A stretch of DNA of 64,000 nucleotides from the IMG/VR virus record IMGVR_UViG_3300036944_001289, positions 145,283 to 209,282 of that record; one strand, written 5' to 3'. The stretch's first letter is position 1, and every line of letters begins with the position of its first letter. A program made the position numbers and the translations under genes. Positions 18,604-29,831 of this stretch are shown piece by piece. The notes beneath the pieces are model-generated. The model made no database searches and was not told the DNA's origin. It saw only the letters and a program-made list of their open reading frames with translations.

Positions 18604-20058
18604 TTAGAAGTAAACTGACTGATTGCCAGGTGTGAATGCCTGACCGAGTCCGCTTACTATAATAACGTGGTAGTAGAGGTTTGCGCCGAAAATGTTGTCT
18701 ACAACACCGTAACGGGTTAATAGACCAACACGTGGTGCAAAGTCGTTCTGACCAATGGTGCGTTGTACCATAACAGGTATGTATGGGCAGTAGATGATAC
18801 CGGTATCGTAGAATTCTGGACCCTTGTAGCCAAGTAGTGCATATTCTGGACGATTTGTAGTATCAACGTATTGACCTTCTGTTCTGGTGTCTCTGTAAAC
18901 CTGGAAACGACCACCAAGGCTACCTACCTTAGCAACACCGACTGGCTGTGTGTTAACATTGCCTTGAACTGGTACCCATTGGAATTCAGGTAGCATTTCA
19001 AGGATTGCGCAAACGCGAGGTGTTGCAACAATGAAGTTTGCAGCGCCACGACGATTACGTACAGCAATACGGTTAGCTTCGATAATTAGTCTTTGATAGA
19101 AGTCACGGTTACGTTCGACCAACCAACGGCCATCTGCTGAAGCAGGAGACCAGATAGAATAACCAACGCCAGCACCTGCATTGAGGGCGACTTGGATCAT
19201 TCTAATAATCATTTCACGGTCGATTTCGGCCTGAATTTCATAGCTCATAGCGTTTGTTAATTCAGTGTCGATATCAATACCGTTCATGTTCTTGAGGTCT
19301 TGCTCAAGCTCTACGGACCAGCGGGCGCCTAAGCGTCTTGTACCAGCTTCAACAGCAGTCTTTTCAAATGAAACTTCAAATGTCGGAATGTTTTCCGAGA
19401 TTTCAAAGCTTGATAGAAGAGCTGCTACACCGTTATTTTGACCGTTATTAATAAAATTAACGGGCAATGCAGAGCTACCAGAAAGGTAGGCTGCGGATGT
19501 ACCGGTGTAAGCACTGTTAAGGTACTGATAGCCTGCTTCCTGACCAGCTGCAGAGGTAAGAATACCAGACTGACCGGCAGGAGCGTTGCCATTAGAACCT
19601 AAAGTGCTACCTGTGTAGCGATAACGAAGAGCGAATGCGAGACCTACTGGACCAGCCATTGGTTGAACGCCGACAATTTCGTTAGAGATAAGCTCTGGGA
19701 AAGTACGGCGGATCATGGGGATCAAGATTTTTGGAAGACGGTAGTCACCAGGTGCGTATGTATCTGTACCAGGTGTACCGGTAGAGTTCCATGAGTTCAT
19801 ACCTGCTGTGCCACCAACTGCACCACCGAAACCGGCAGTATTAACTGTACCGGATGGGTTGTAGTTAGGACCAGCTTCGTTAACCATACACCATTGCTCT
19901 TGGTTTTCCAATAGCATTGCTGTATTTAAACGGGTGTGGTTGTCTTCAATCGGAGCAACGTTCTTAGAAGAGTAATCCAAAACTGGACCCCACTTCTCAA
20001 GAAGCGCCTTTGCTCTTGATTCATTGATATATGCTTGTGTAGGACGAATAGTGTTCAT
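18604..20058 (-). CDS. Major capsid protein (T4 gp23-like)
   Basis: LLENQ, RR.FP.LI..EIVGVQPM.GPVGL.FALR, AEIDRE, IYCPY.P, TRYG. Confidence 0.97.
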   Translation of the reverse strand: MNTIRPTQAYINESRAKALLEKWGPVLDYSSKNVAPIEDNHTRLNTAMLLENQEQWCMVNEAGPNYNPSGTVNTAGFGGAVGGTAGMNSWNSTGTPGTDTYAPGDYRLPKILIPMIRRTFPELISNEIVGVQPMAGPVGLAFALRYRYTGSTLGSNGNAPAGQSGILTSAAGQEAGYQYLNSAYTGTSAAYLSGSSALPVNFINNGQNNGVAALLSSFEISENIPTFEVSFEKTAVEAGTRRLGARWSVELEQDLKNMNGIDIDTELTNAMSYEIQAEIDREMIIRMIQVALNAGAGVGYSIWSPASADGRWLVERNRDFYQRLIIEANRIAVRNRRGAANFIVATPRVCAILEMLPEFQWVPVQGNVNTQPVGVAKVGSLGGRFQVYRDTRTEGQYVDTTNRPEYALLGYKGPEFYDTGIIYCPYIPVMVQRTIGQNDFAPRVGLLTRYGVVDNIFGANLYYHVIIVSGLGQAFTPGNQSVYF

Positions 20059-20138
20059 CGATAATTATTTATTCCTTTTTTCTTCGACCCCAGGGTTTTT
20101 TACCAGGTAACTCAGGAAAAAATAGCCTAATTCTTCTC

Positions 20139-20993
20139 TTAGTACTTACCTAATTCTTTTAGGTAAGGAGAAATTTGTTGCACGCCTTCTGTGATCACTT
20201 CTTCTGTCTGTTCTGTAACAACATGATCAACATCTTGGCGCTCATTTAGTGCTTCTTCTTTCAAGACTTCGAGTCTATCTGTTAATTTCTTATTGAAGAG
20301 TTTGACTGTGTAATCAAAATTTTCATTTATAAATTCCAGCGATTTGCCAGCCATTACTTTCTTAACGTAATATTTTTCTTGATCGTTAAGTTTGGCGGTT
20401 TTTTGTTCTAGAATCAAACCAGCTTGTATTTGCTGTAGGGATTCTTTTAACATAGCGTTTTCGCTTTGGATAGACTCAAGCTTTTTAGAAGCTTCATTTA
20501 TTTGGTTTTTACCATCAAGCACTGCATCTTTGATAGAATCTCTTTCAAGTGCAGATGTGACAGCTAAAGTGTTTCGTAGTGATTCAAGTAGTTTGGCTGC
20601 TTTCTTGTTTTTAACAGCTTCTTGAATGTCAGCAGCAGGTACTATCTCTTCAAGATAAGCTTCGAGATAGTCACTGATAGATTCAACTAAGGTTTGTTTA
20701 AACTTCTTAGCATCTTCATTTAGTGTTCTCTCATACTTAGAAACAACCTTCTTAAGTTTGTTTGCTCTATCTAGTTCAATAGCTTCTACTACCTTTTCTA
20801 ATTTAATTGTATGATCTTTATCAATAGCTTCGAGTAGTTGCTCGAGCTTCTTAGTATAAAGTTCATCTTGTTCAGCAAGAGCTTTCTCAACATGGAGTTC
20901 AACTTTTGCTTTTACCTTTGATTCAATAGCCTCTTGAATCATTTTTAAAGATTCAGGTGAGAGGTCTTTTAATTGTTCGTTAATATTCTCCAT
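20139..20993 (-). CDS. Prohead core scaffold (gp22-like)
   Basis: Coiled coil, ISDYL, position between protease and capsid. Confidence 0.85.
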   Translation of the reverse strand: MENINEQLKDLSPESLKMIQEAIESKVKAKVELHVEKALAEQDELYTKKLEQLLEAIDKDHTIKLEKVVEAIELDRANKLKKVVSKYERTLNEDAKKFKQTLVESISDYLEAYLEEIVPAADIQEAVKNKKAAKLLESLRNTLAVTSALERDSIKDAVLDGKNQINEASKKLESIQSENAMLKESLQQIQAGLILEQKTAKLNDQEKYYVKKVMAGKSLEFINENFDYTVKLFNKKLTDRLEVLKEEALNERQDVDHVVTEQTEEVITEGVQQISPYLKELGKY

Positions 20994-20996
20994 AAA

Positions 20997-21191
20997 TTAG
21001 AAAAGTTTTGCGTTATTATTATTTATTATTTTTTGCTTTATTTTTTGTTCAATGGCAACTTTTATTGAGTCTTTAGCAGATTTAGGCTTATTACTCAATA
21101 TATTGTCAATAAAATTATGCAAGGACTCTTTAACTACAGAACGCTTACTGTGTTTTTTTACCTTTTCTTTTATCTTATGTTTTTTTCTCAT
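20997..21191 (-). CDS. Small head-assembly protein (gp67/68-like?)
   Basis: Position in head operon. Confidence 0.4.
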   Translation of the reverse strand: MRKKHKIKEKVKKHSKRSVVKESLHNFIDNILSNKPKSAKDSIKVAIEQKIKQKIINNNNAKLF

Positions 21192-21192
21192 A

Positions 21193-21855
21193 TTATAATT
21201 TATTTATAAAACTAAGAATCGCGCTACGTAGATATTGATCTTTATCGGAGCGAGGTAAAGTTATTAACTTCTTTTCAAAAGTATCATATAATTCTTCATA
21301 ATGTCCATTCTCTCTCAATACATATTGTTTAGATTCGAGAATACCATTAACAAACGCTTTACCGAAACTTGGATCTGCAACGCAATCGATTGCTACTAGT
21401 CTAAAATCTTTTACTCTATTACAACCGTTTGATTCAGGTATTAATTGCCCTAAAGCTCTAGAACTCATACCAACTTTAACACCGTCGTTAATAAGTGAGC
21501 GAACTATAAGACCTGTAGGTGTTGATAGTACTTTACTTTTACCGTAAAATACATTACCATCTCTTTTTAGTTCTGTAACTAAGTGACAGACTCTAGATAG
21601 ATCTACGTCAGCTGTGGTAGGGTGATTAAGTTCACCCATTGCTCTACCAGGCTTAATCATATCATCTTCGTAGCGCTGAACTTCACGGACCATTTCATCG
21701 ATAGGATATAGACGCTTATTTCTATTGACACCCTCTGCCATCATATATGGCCCCTTTATATAGAGTGTTCTAGGTTCATTAGCATTACGCTCTTCAACGA
21801 TATAAGAAAAATCGTTGTTATTAGTAGGTGTCTCAACTATTAGTCTAAAACTCAT
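21193..21855 (-). CDS. Prohead protease (T4 gp21-like)
   Basis: N.N.R.YP, GELNHP, GMSSRALG, DCVADPS. Confidence 0.95.
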   Translation of the reverse strand: MSFRLIVETPTNNNDFSYIVEERNANEPRTLYIKGPYMMAEGVNRNKRLYPIDEMVREVQRYEDDMIKPGRAMGELNHPTTADVDLSRVCHLVTELKRDGNVFYGKSKVLSTPTGLIVRSLINDGVKVGMSSRALGQLIPESNGCNRVKDFRLVAIDCVADPSFGKAFVNGILESKQYVLRENGHYEELYDTFEKKLITLPRSDKDQYLRSAILSFINKL

Positions 21856-21889
21856 TTAATATTATTTATATGATGGTGTATCATATCCA

Positions 21890-22339
21890 TTAAGTTTTTA
21901 TATTTAATTCTTTTTCTGTTAGTATAATAAACTCCATATTCTTTCTTTTAGCCCATTCTTTAGCTGCTATCCATTTTGCTTGATTGGTAATCCAGGTAGT
22001 TTGTTCGTATAGTATTGTTTTTTTATGTTTACCTTTTGTAGGTACTGGTTGTACCGTTTGTTTGCTAGGCTTAATTTCTATCAAAAGTTTTTGTTTATTA
22101 CCGTCTTTATCTTTAAAGACAACAAAATTATCTACAAAATATCTGTGAACTTTCTGATCTAAAGGGTTGATATATGGTACAATTATATTTTCACTACCCC
22201 ATGCTAATATATTAGGATTTGTATCAGCCCATCTAAAGAATTTTAACTCCCAACCACTACGATATACAGGATTGTTCTTTCCTAGATATTTTTCTATATT
22301 AATCGGTCGGTAAATTCCTTGCTTATATTTATTGGCCAT
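21890..22339 (-). CDS. Head completion protein (T4 gp4-like, TnsA-like fold)
   Basis: YRSGWE, WGSE..VPY, HRYFVD, IEIKP, NQAKW.AA. Confidence 0.9.
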   Translation of the reverse strand: MANKYKQGIYRPINIEKYLGKNNPVYRSGWELKFFRWADTNPNILAWGSENIIVPYINPLDQKVHRYFVDNFVVFKDKDGNKQKLLIEIKPSKQTVQPVPTKGKHKKTILYEQTTWITNQAKWIAAKEWAKRKNMEFIILTEKELNIKT

Positions 22340-22368
22340 AAATTAACTATTTAAAAAGTTAAATGTTT

Positions 22369-23214
22369 TCATTTTACAAACACACCACTATACATCATTG
22401 CATTACCCCATTTACTCGGATATAAAGACACATGTACATGTTTGAGACCATGGCTAATCAAATTAGCAGTAGTGTAGTTAGCATTTTTAACTTGTAGTAG
22501 GTTGTTCTTAATATTTTTACCTATGTTTATGTTAAACTCATCTATATATGCGTCTTCCGGTAACTCATAGAAATTAGCATCATCTGGTTCAGTAGTGTTT
22601 ATTGTATCACTCTCATCATACTTAGACCTATTAATTCTGGTATCTATATAAGACTTAGATCTAATTAGATTAGTGAATGTAACATGAATAAATCCATTAG
22701 GTGTAAGATTATTGAATACATGTGCTATCGCATCTATAGCCTCTGGTATTGCTGTAGTAGTAGTATCATAATCGACTATATCGAATAATATTGGTTTGTC
22801 TACAATATTATTATCAACAACATTGATGAATTTTTGCGGTTGTTGTAATACATTTTCAAACTTAACAATTTTTCTTTTTGTAAAAGGCACATACACACTT
22901 AATTTATTATTAGATGCATCTCTAATAAATCTTCGACCTTGTTCAAAAGCTTTAGTAGGGGTATAATCGACACCATATATCTCTATGGTTGGATTAGGTA
23001 GATTTGATATTATTTTACGTTCAAAATCATAGGTATCTGGGAGAGATGCTATTCTAACCACTGGCTGTGCATTTAATTTATCAAACACCCCAAGTCTAGA
23101 TAATATAGATATATAATTTTCTCTATCTTTAAGTTTGTTCTCGATAGAGAACCCAGTATGATACTCCTCTCTACGTTTACGTTCAATTAAAAAATAGTCC
23201 TTAAATGTTATCAT
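22369..23214 (-). CDS. Hypothetical protein with internal-protein-like leader
   Basis: MITFKDYFLIE leader; in head gene cluster. Confidence 0.55.
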   Translation of the reverse strand: MITFKDYFLIERKRREEYHTGFSIENKLKDRENYISILSRLGVFDKLNAQPVVRIASLPDTYDFERKIISNLPNPTIEIYGVDYTPTKAFEQGRRFIRDASNNKLSVYVPFTKRKIVKFENVLQQPQKFINVVDNNIVDKPILFDIVDYDTTTTAIPEAIDAIAHVFNNLTPNGFIHVTFTNLIRSKSYIDTRINRSKYDESDTINTTEPDDANFYELPEDAYIDEFNINIGKNIKNNLLQVKNANYTTANLISHGLKHVHVSLYPSKWGNAMMYSGVFVK

Positions 23215-23235
23215 TATTATTATGTGACCTAGTCC

Positions 23236-24384
23236 CTAGCCGACAAAGAATAGAGGAGGTTCATTATCACCAAGCCCGGGTGTAGCACCGGTATATAGTT
23301 GCTCTTCGAGTTTTTCCTTCTCAGCAAGACCTTCCGATAACATGTCTGCATTTACAGATCCACCACCGAATAATGTAGTACCTTGGTACTTACCACGCAC
23401 TCTTGCAAGTACTATTTTTGTTAATGCAAGAGAATATTGATATACCCACTGCTCTTGTATTACATCTCTTAAAGGCTTTTCAACATAACAGCTTATAACA
23501 CCATAATATTGTGAAGTGCTTTCACCAGCTTTTGGTTGAGGATATATTCTCATTAACTGAGTTCTTTCATTAAAGTCGTATGAAGGTTTAATTGCCAGTA
23601 ACTTCTCTCTATTGTTTAACCAGTCCTTTAATACATACCAGCTTATTAAATCAAAGCCGTAATTACCCATCGCATAACTGAAATAGGTTTGTTGTGCTAA
23701 TGTTTGTTCAATTGTAAACAGCGTATTAATACCTGTTGTAGATCCTTGTTCAAAGTCTGTAATAGCGATTACTTTACGATAATCCATTACGTCATAATCA
23801 AAAGAGTTATTATATTTTGTAGATGATACTGGTGTACCTAATTGTGTTATCTGTCTTTGAGATGTTTGTGTAAAATTAGCTGATAGAGATGAATTAAAAG
23901 CAGTAATTTGACTATATATTGTTGTATCAAATATTTCATTTACAAATAGACCACCACTTAGTGCTGCAGATAAACTTGTAGATGTATTAAAGTAACCTGA
24001 ATTTGTTGCTGTATTTACTACGTATGCAACAGTTTGCTGTGGTACGTAATTTGTATATTGAGGGTTAGAAGTTTTACCTTTTGTCTGATCTAACACACTT
24101 GCATCGTTTAATGTTACTAAAGAGTCTAGTCTAATACCAACATCTTTCTCATAAAGGTTACTATTGAATAATATATACTCTCTGGTATAACCGGCAAATT
24201 TAGTAAACATTTCACAAGCTATGCTAATATTTTCATATAACTGGTCTCTATGAACCTCTACATTTATAAATGGGTAACCAAGGCTTCTAAGAATTCTTTC
24301 TGATAATCTATTAAAAGAAGTTATCTTGTTTGAAAGATTAGTACTTTGAAAAGCAGAGATGGGTGTTATATCGCACTGTGACAT
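23236..24384 (-). CDS. Neck protein (T4 gp13-like)
   Basis: LRSLGYPFINVEV; WV.QY.LAL.K..L..VRGK; PPLFFVG end. Confidence 0.85.
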   Translation of the reverse strand: MSQCDITPISAFQSTNLSNKITSFNRLSERILRSLGYPFINVEVHRDQLYENISIACEMFTKFAGYTREYILFNSNLYEKDVGIRLDSLVTLNDASVLDQTKGKTSNPQYTNYVPQQTVAYVVNTATNSGYFNTSTSLSAALSGGLFVNEIFDTTIYSQITAFNSSLSANFTQTSQRQITQLGTPVSSTKYNNSFDYDVMDYRKVIAITDFEQGSTTGINTLFTIEQTLAQQTYFSYAMGNYGFDLISWYVLKDWLNNREKLLAIKPSYDFNERTQLMRIYPQPKAGESTSQYYGVISCYVEKPLRDVIQEQWVYQYSLALTKIVLARVRGKYQGTTLFGGGSVNADMLSEGLAEKEKLEEQLYTGATPGLGDNEPPLFFVG

Positions 24385-24423
24385 ATAGTTATTTATTAAG
24401 AGTCTATGATGTCAATGTTTTCG

Positions 24424-26193
24424 TTATTGTGGTGCGGGTGTTTCAGCTGGTGCTGCTTCTGCACCACCAGTTTCAACTGGAGCTTCTCCACCTACTTCAG
24501 CGGGACCTCCACCAAACTCCGGTGGTGAACCTGCTGGTGATTGTTGCTCACCCGCACCACCTATTTCACTACCTGCTGCTGCTTGATTTTGTTGACTCAT
24601 TGTCTGTAGTTGATCTCTCCAATTTGGACCAGCATTTGTAATATTATTAAGCTCCCACTCAAGCTCTTTATCCTTACGGAGGAATTCACGATTTGCCTTA
24701 ATGTCAATATCACTCCAACCAAGAATTTTCTTTTGTAAATATGTAGGAGAGATAGTAGGATTGCTCGCAAGGGTATTAAAGTTATTTGTTTTAAGTTCTA
24801 ATTTTTGGCTCTCTCTTAACTCATAAAAGTTAGTAGGTACATTAAATTCTAATGATATATGCTGTTCTTTAATGTCGTATTTTTCTACTAGACCTTTAAG
24901 ATTTAAGTGTGTTAAAAATCCATTTTTTAATGCACCTGCAAATTGTTGTTGTAAGCGAATAATAAACTTAGCAAACTTGAGCTCTTCTCTTAAAATTTCT
25001 GCACCATCTTTGAAAGTACTCTCAGAGTTAAGTCTATTAGTAGGTACTTTTAATGATTTGTAAAGTTTGTTTACAAAGTACATTAAGTCTGTTAGCTCAC
25101 CAAGATTTGCACCACCAGCTAATTGTGTAACAGATGTGCCTTCGCTACCTTGTCTTTTTGCAAACCAAAAAGAGTCCAACATTGATTGTGGATTAAATTT
25201 CTGAACTATACCAGATTGATTGACGTCGAAAGTCTTCTTGCTCCAGTACTCTTGAATTAATTTACGTAAATAAGCTTCAGCTTTTGGTGGTGGCATGTTA
25301 CCAACATCAACATTAAATACTAGACGTTCAGGAGCTCTTACCAATCTATATATTACTATAGAGTCTTCTATAAGAGATAACTGTCTGTAAGCTCTTCTTG
25401 AATTTTCAATAAACGGTAATCTAAAAGATTTATCTTGATTCCATATGCCAGAATTAATATATGTAACCTGGTTTTTATCCATAGGGATAAACTCATACTT
25501 AATTACTTTATTAGGCTTAGCAGGATCAAAAATAGGCTTTCTTAGAATATAACCTTTAATAATCATATTCTGAATATTATCAAAAATAGGATCGATTAAC
25601 TCCGTAGGCAACTGTACCACGCCAAGTATACCTTCTTCTGGAAACTTTTTATGAACTACATGTTCAAAGTAAACTTCACCCTCCACTATTAACTGTCTAA
25701 AATATTCCCAGCCTTTTCTTTCAAGATTAAAATATTCTACGTATTTTTGAAACTCTTTAATTATCTGTTCCTTATCTATATCTTTTAAGTCAATATTTTT
25801 AAATTGTAACTTAACAATATCACCTGCTTGATCTTTATTGATTGTTTCATCACAAATCTCATCTAAACAATCAGATATTTCAGAGAATGCCGCCATCACT
25901 CTGTAATCCATTATTCTCGCACCCTTATCAGCCTGTATATTGGCATATACCATATCATTGTATATGCCACCTTTTGCTATAGAACCAGATGGTGTGTTAT
26001 TATAATCATTATCAAAAAATACGCTATTACGAGCTAAAGCTTCGGAACGTTTAGACCCTGTGTCCTGGAATATTTGATACTTAGGATTTATCTGATTTAA
26101 GTATCCATTTAGATCAAGAGTTTGGTATGGTAACTTATTTACAAGGTTTTTAAAGAAACCACCGGATACTGTATTTTTATCGTCTGCAGCCAT
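24424..26193 (-). CDS. Portal protein (T4 gp20-like)
   Basis: IEDSIVIYRLVRAPERLVFNVDVGNMP; ILREELKF. Confidence 0.97.
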   Translation of the reverse strand: MAADDKNTVSGGFFKNLVNKLPYQTLDLNGYLNQINPKYQIFQDTGSKRSEALARNSVFFDNDYNNTPSGSIAKGGIYNDMVYANIQADKGARIMDYRVMAAFSEISDCLDEICDETINKDQAGDIVKLQFKNIDLKDIDKEQIIKEFQKYVEYFNLERKGWEYFRQLIVEGEVYFEHVVHKKFPEEGILGVVQLPTELIDPIFDNIQNMIIKGYILRKPIFDPAKPNKVIKYEFIPMDKNQVTYINSGIWNQDKSFRLPFIENSRRAYRQLSLIEDSIVIYRLVRAPERLVFNVDVGNMPPPKAEAYLRKLIQEYWSKKTFDVNQSGIVQKFNPQSMLDSFWFAKRQGSEGTSVTQLAGGANLGELTDLMYFVNKLYKSLKVPTNRLNSESTFKDGAEILREELKFAKFIIRLQQQFAGALKNGFLTHLNLKGLVEKYDIKEQHISLEFNVPTNFYELRESQKLELKTNNFNTLASNPTISPTYLQKKILGWSDIDIKANREFLRKDKELEWELNNITNAGPNWRDQLQTMSQQNQAAAGSEIGGAGEQQSPAGSPPEFGGGPAEVGGEAPVETGGAEAAPAETPAPQ

Positions 26194-26257
26194 TTTAAAT
26201 ATTTAATATAAAAAATAGATTTATCAATTATAATAAATCTATAGATTTTAATTTATA

Positions 26258-28510
26258 TTAAGTATATAAACCACCCGTTGCTGCTACACCAAGAGCATTA
26301 CCAAGTAAATAATTACTGGCACCACCATTTGTATAAATTAATGAATTATTCCATACATTATAATATTTACCTGAATAAACAGCGACACCAGAAAAGGTAG
26401 GTCTAGTTCCAAATGTTGGTGTAAGGTTAATTGTAGCAAGGTTACGTGCAACAGCAAAAGCATCTGTTAATGTCAAATTACCAGCACCATAAGCCAAATT
26501 AGACCCTGGATTAACACGTATATATCCATTGTTTTCAGCTAACATATGTGCATAAATTTGCGAACCACTTACGACACTTATATTCCAACTAGCATTTACC
26601 CATATTTCACCACCTTCTGTAGCATACAGATGAATTAACGCAGAATTACTACCTATAAACGTTATACCTGTACCTATTAACAATCTTGCTGTAGATCTTG
26701 CACAAGATGCAAATGTAACTAATAAGTTTGATATACTTACCTGACCTCTACCTATACGAAATGGATTAGTATTATTTCCTAGTGTAACTGTACCGACACC
26801 AATACCACTTAGTGTCGTTAAATTAACATTCGTTGGTCCAAGAAGAAGATTACTAGATATTTCATATGTACCTGGTTTTAATAATATTGTTGGTGATACT
26901 GATGTTTGTATAGCTAAACCACCAATGTAGTCAAATGCTTTTTGAACAGTTAAAAAAGGATTATCATCAGTACCGGTACCTGATAAATTACTACCTGTAG
27001 TTGAAACGTATAGTGTAAAATTAGTATCTATAGCGTTAGCTGTATTGACAGTTACATCTATATTTTGAGAACCAGCATCGGTAGCAGATATAGTTGTACC
27101 AACAAAATTAATACCAGTAACACCTACAACAACGGTAGTACCTTCATCCTTTATTGTTAACGATGATACAGCAAGGTTAGGATTAAAACTACTTAGAGTA
27201 TTTAATACTATTTTCTCTGCAGATGTTATTAAACCTTTTGTTGAGGTAGTAGCTAGATCAAGCATCGAAGTTACTTGTGTAGGTGTTAAATCCTCAACAT
27301 TACCGGTACCTGCTGTTATTCTACCTTTAATGACATTAGTTGATACTTGCGATAATTTAGTATTACCAATTACACCGCTATCAACAGTCCAAGATGTACC
27401 GCTACCTGATACAGTTATATCACCTTTATCACCGTCAGTAAGACTGCCTGAAACACTTACTGTAATATTACCTGGTGAAGATAATGATGATTGAACACTT
27501 GCACCAATAAAATTAATAGATGATACAGATGTGGATATAGTAATACCTTCATCTTTTACGGTTAAAGATGGTGAGATGATATTGGGGTTGAAACTACTTA
27601 GAGTATTTAATACTATTTTCTCTGCAGATGTTATTAAACCTTTTGAAGACGTAGTAGCTAGATCAAGCATTAAAGTTGCTTGTGTAGTCGTTAAGTCTTC
27701 TAGATTACCTGTACCTGCTGTTGTTCTACCTTTAAAAACACCTGAAGATACTTGTGATAATTTAGCGTTACTAACTACATTAGAATCAATTGTCCAAGAT
27801 GTACCTGAGCCAGATACAGTTATATCACCTTTATCGCCATCGGTAATTGCTCCAGAAACACTTACTATAATATTACTCGGTGATGATAATGATGATTGAA
27901 CGCTTGCACCAATAAAGTTAATCGATGTTACAGAAGTTGATACAGTAGTACCTTCATCCTTTATTGTTAACGATGATACAGCAAGGTTAGGATTGAAACT
28001 ACTTAGAGTATTTAATACTATTTTCTCTGCAGATGTTATTAAACCTTTTGTGGAGGTAGTGGCTAAATCAAGCATTGAAGTTATCTGTGCTGTAGTTAGG
28101 TCTTGTACATCGCCCATACCAGTTGATATTCTACCTTTAATAGTATTAGCAGATATAGTAGCTAATTTTGTATTTGTTACTGCATTAGAATCAATAGTCC
28201 AGGTAGCTCCTGAACTAGACACGGTTATATCGCCTTTATCACCATCTGTAATTGATCCAGAAACACTTACAGTTATATTACCAGGAGAAGAGATAGATGC
28301 TTGTACTGTAGCTCCGACAAAATTAATTGATGATACAGTAGTTGAAACTGTTGTACCTTCGTCTTTTATAGTTAAAACTTGTGGTATAGAAGACTTTATA
28401 TCTGAAAATGTAATTTTATTAACAACACCATCTGTGGTAGATATAGGAATAATATCACTATCACTTGGAGTTGTAATAGAAGATAAATCAATAAACTGTT
28501 TGTATTTCAT
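26258..28510 (-). CDS. Tail fibre/spike-like protein with three 135-aa repeats
   Basis: LTIKDEG..SINF.GA..DGDKGDITVS repeats; YVST.GS beta-helix C-terminus. Confidence 0.75.
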   Translation of the reverse strand: MKYKQFIDLSSITTPSDSDIIPISTTDGVVNKITFSDIKSSIPQVLTIKDEGTTVSTTVSSINFVGATVQASISSPGNITVSVSGSITDGDKGDITVSSSGATWTIDSNAVTNTKLATISANTIKGRISTGMGDVQDLTTAQITSMLDLATTSTKGLITSAEKIVLNTLSSFNPNLAVSSLTIKDEGTTVSTSVTSINFIGASVQSSLSSPSNIIVSVSGAITDGDKGDITVSGSGTSWTIDSNVVSNAKLSQVSSGVFKGRTTAGTGNLEDLTTTQATLMLDLATTSSKGLITSAEKIVLNTLSSFNPNIISPSLTVKDEGITISTSVSSINFIGASVQSSLSSPGNITVSVSGSLTDGDKGDITVSGSGTSWTVDSGVIGNTKLSQVSTNVIKGRITAGTGNVEDLTPTQVTSMLDLATTSTKGLITSAEKIVLNTLSSFNPNLAVSSLTIKDEGTTVVVGVTGINFVGTTISATDAGSQNIDVTVNTANAIDTNFTLYVSTTGSNLSGTGTDDNPFLTVQKAFDYIGGLAIQTSVSPTILLKPGTYEISSNLLLGPTNVNLTTLSGIGVGTVTLGNNTNPFRIGRGQVSISNLLVTFASCARSTARLLIGTGITFIGSNSALIHLYATEGGEIWVNASWNISVVSGSQIYAHMLAENNGYIRVNPGSNLAYGAGNLTLTDAFAVARNLATINLTPTFGTRPTFSGVAVYSGKYYNVWNNSLIYTNGGASNYLLGNALGVAATGGLYT
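27100..28375 (-). repeat. 405-bp tandem repeat, about 3.2 copies, in fibre gene
   Basis: Identical blocks recur at 405-bp period (about 27197, 27602, 28007). Confidence 0.85.
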
Positions 28511-28519
28511 TGTTATTAT

Positions 28520-29053
28520 TTATATAAGATAAATAGCGCTTGTGCTATCTACAAAAACATTATTATCGTTATCTACACATATGCTTAATAAAGACTCTGG
28601 CGTTAGGAATAACGATCTACCATCTGGTCTTCTATATGTAAAAGATGATACGGGTCTAATATAGGTTATTATTAATGGTGTTGTTACAGATATTACAGTA
28701 CTATTTGAAGATAAATATGGTGAAAATAACGTTTTAGAGCTCTCTGAGTACCCAGCAACATTATATGGTATGAATTGTATATCACAATCACCTATTAATC
28801 TAGGTACATTTATTAAAATATTATTTTTGTCTATAACAGTATAATCAACTAAAGAACCTGTAATAGGCTGCTGTCTTTTGAATATGTTTATACTAGTTAG
28901 TGATGGTAAAGAAAATGTATCGTTACTCGATAACATAACATTTAAAAGCTTATCAAAATTATATCCCTGTAAACCTACAACACTTAAATTATTTGTGTTT
29001 GTGGTTAACGTATCGTATAATTTTATACCATCGACTGTAATGCTGGTTATCAT
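28520..29053 (-). CDS. Hypothetical structural protein
   Basis: ATG 29053 overlaps gp15 stop (ATGA). Confidence 0.55.
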   Translation of the reverse strand: MITSITVDGIKLYDTLTTNTNNLSVVGLQGYNFDKLLNVMLSSNDTFSLPSLTSINIFKRQQPITGSLVDYTVIDKNNILINVPRLIGDCDIQFIPYNVAGYSESSKTLFSPYLSSNSTVISVTTPLIITYIRPVSSFTYRRPDGRSLFLTPESLLSICVDNDNNVFVDSTSAIYLI

Positions 29054-29808
29054 GGATTTGCTGATACTCCTACAAATTCCGTTTCTGTTAAAATACCTGT
29101 AGATACAGGCCATGTATAGGTATTACCTGAGAGACTATCATAGGTTGTTATCCTACTCTCAACATTAAAATTATTATTAATATAATATATTAATCCTTTT
29201 GGATTTTGCTGAGTCTTAAACAACCAACCTTTTATCGTAAAAGACGTGTCAGCTGTACATCTATATTTATCGGTACTTGAGATATCTGTAGGGTATGATA
29301 ATGCAATACCACCTTCCCAGAGAACTTCGCTTCTTATTTCTTGATTTAATGATAGACCTAAATCCTCTGGTACCTTCCAACCTATTATAATGTATGGATT
29401 AGCATAAGGTACAAAGTTACTTAGTATTTGATCCATGTCTGTCTGATATTTTGTTATTATCGACATACTTACACTTATATTAATAGGTACAGGTGATAAA
29501 AGATGAGATACACTATTTTGAGTACCATCGTTTTTACCATAATAGAAACCATCAAGTTTATTGAAAACTCTATTAACATCCCTAGATATATTTGTTATAG
29601 ATACAGATACTACTGGTAGTGTTAAGTTTTTAGCTTGGTTTATTATATCATATAATACACGCTGTTTAGGTGCATATACATATCTTACTTCAATTGACTG
29701 TTCTGTTTTTCTTTCTCTATTATATCGCTGAATTACAGTATCGTCAAACGCAGCAATAAACTGCGTTATAAGATCTTTTACTTCGAAAAAATACGTTTTT
29801 GATTTAAT
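29050..29808 (-). CDS. Tail terminator/completion protein (T4 gp15-like), probable ATT start
   Basis: Frame open 114 codons above track ATG: YFFEVKDLITQFIAAFDD, YVYAPKQR, LTLP, ISRD..R.FNK; AGGAGG 6 nt before ATT. Confidence 0.8.
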   Translation of the reverse strand: MKSKTYFFEVKDLITQFIAAFDDTVIQRYNRERKTEQSIEVRYVYAPKQRVLYDIINQAKNLTLPVVSVSITNISRDVNRVFNKLDGFYYGKNDGTQNSVSHLLSPVPINISVSMSIITKYQTDMDQILSNFVPYANPYIIIGWKVPEDLGLSLNQEIRSEVLWEGGIALSYPTDISSTDKYRCTADTSFTIKGWLFKTQQNPKGLIYYINNNFNVESRITTYDSLSGNTYTWPVSTGILTETEFVGVSANP

Positions 29809-29831
29809 GTTGCACCTCCTTATAATATTTA

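Noticed and set aside
21890-22339. Tn7 TnsA transposase
   Set aside because: Same fold, but motifs and context fit T4 gp4 head completion protein; no other Tns genes
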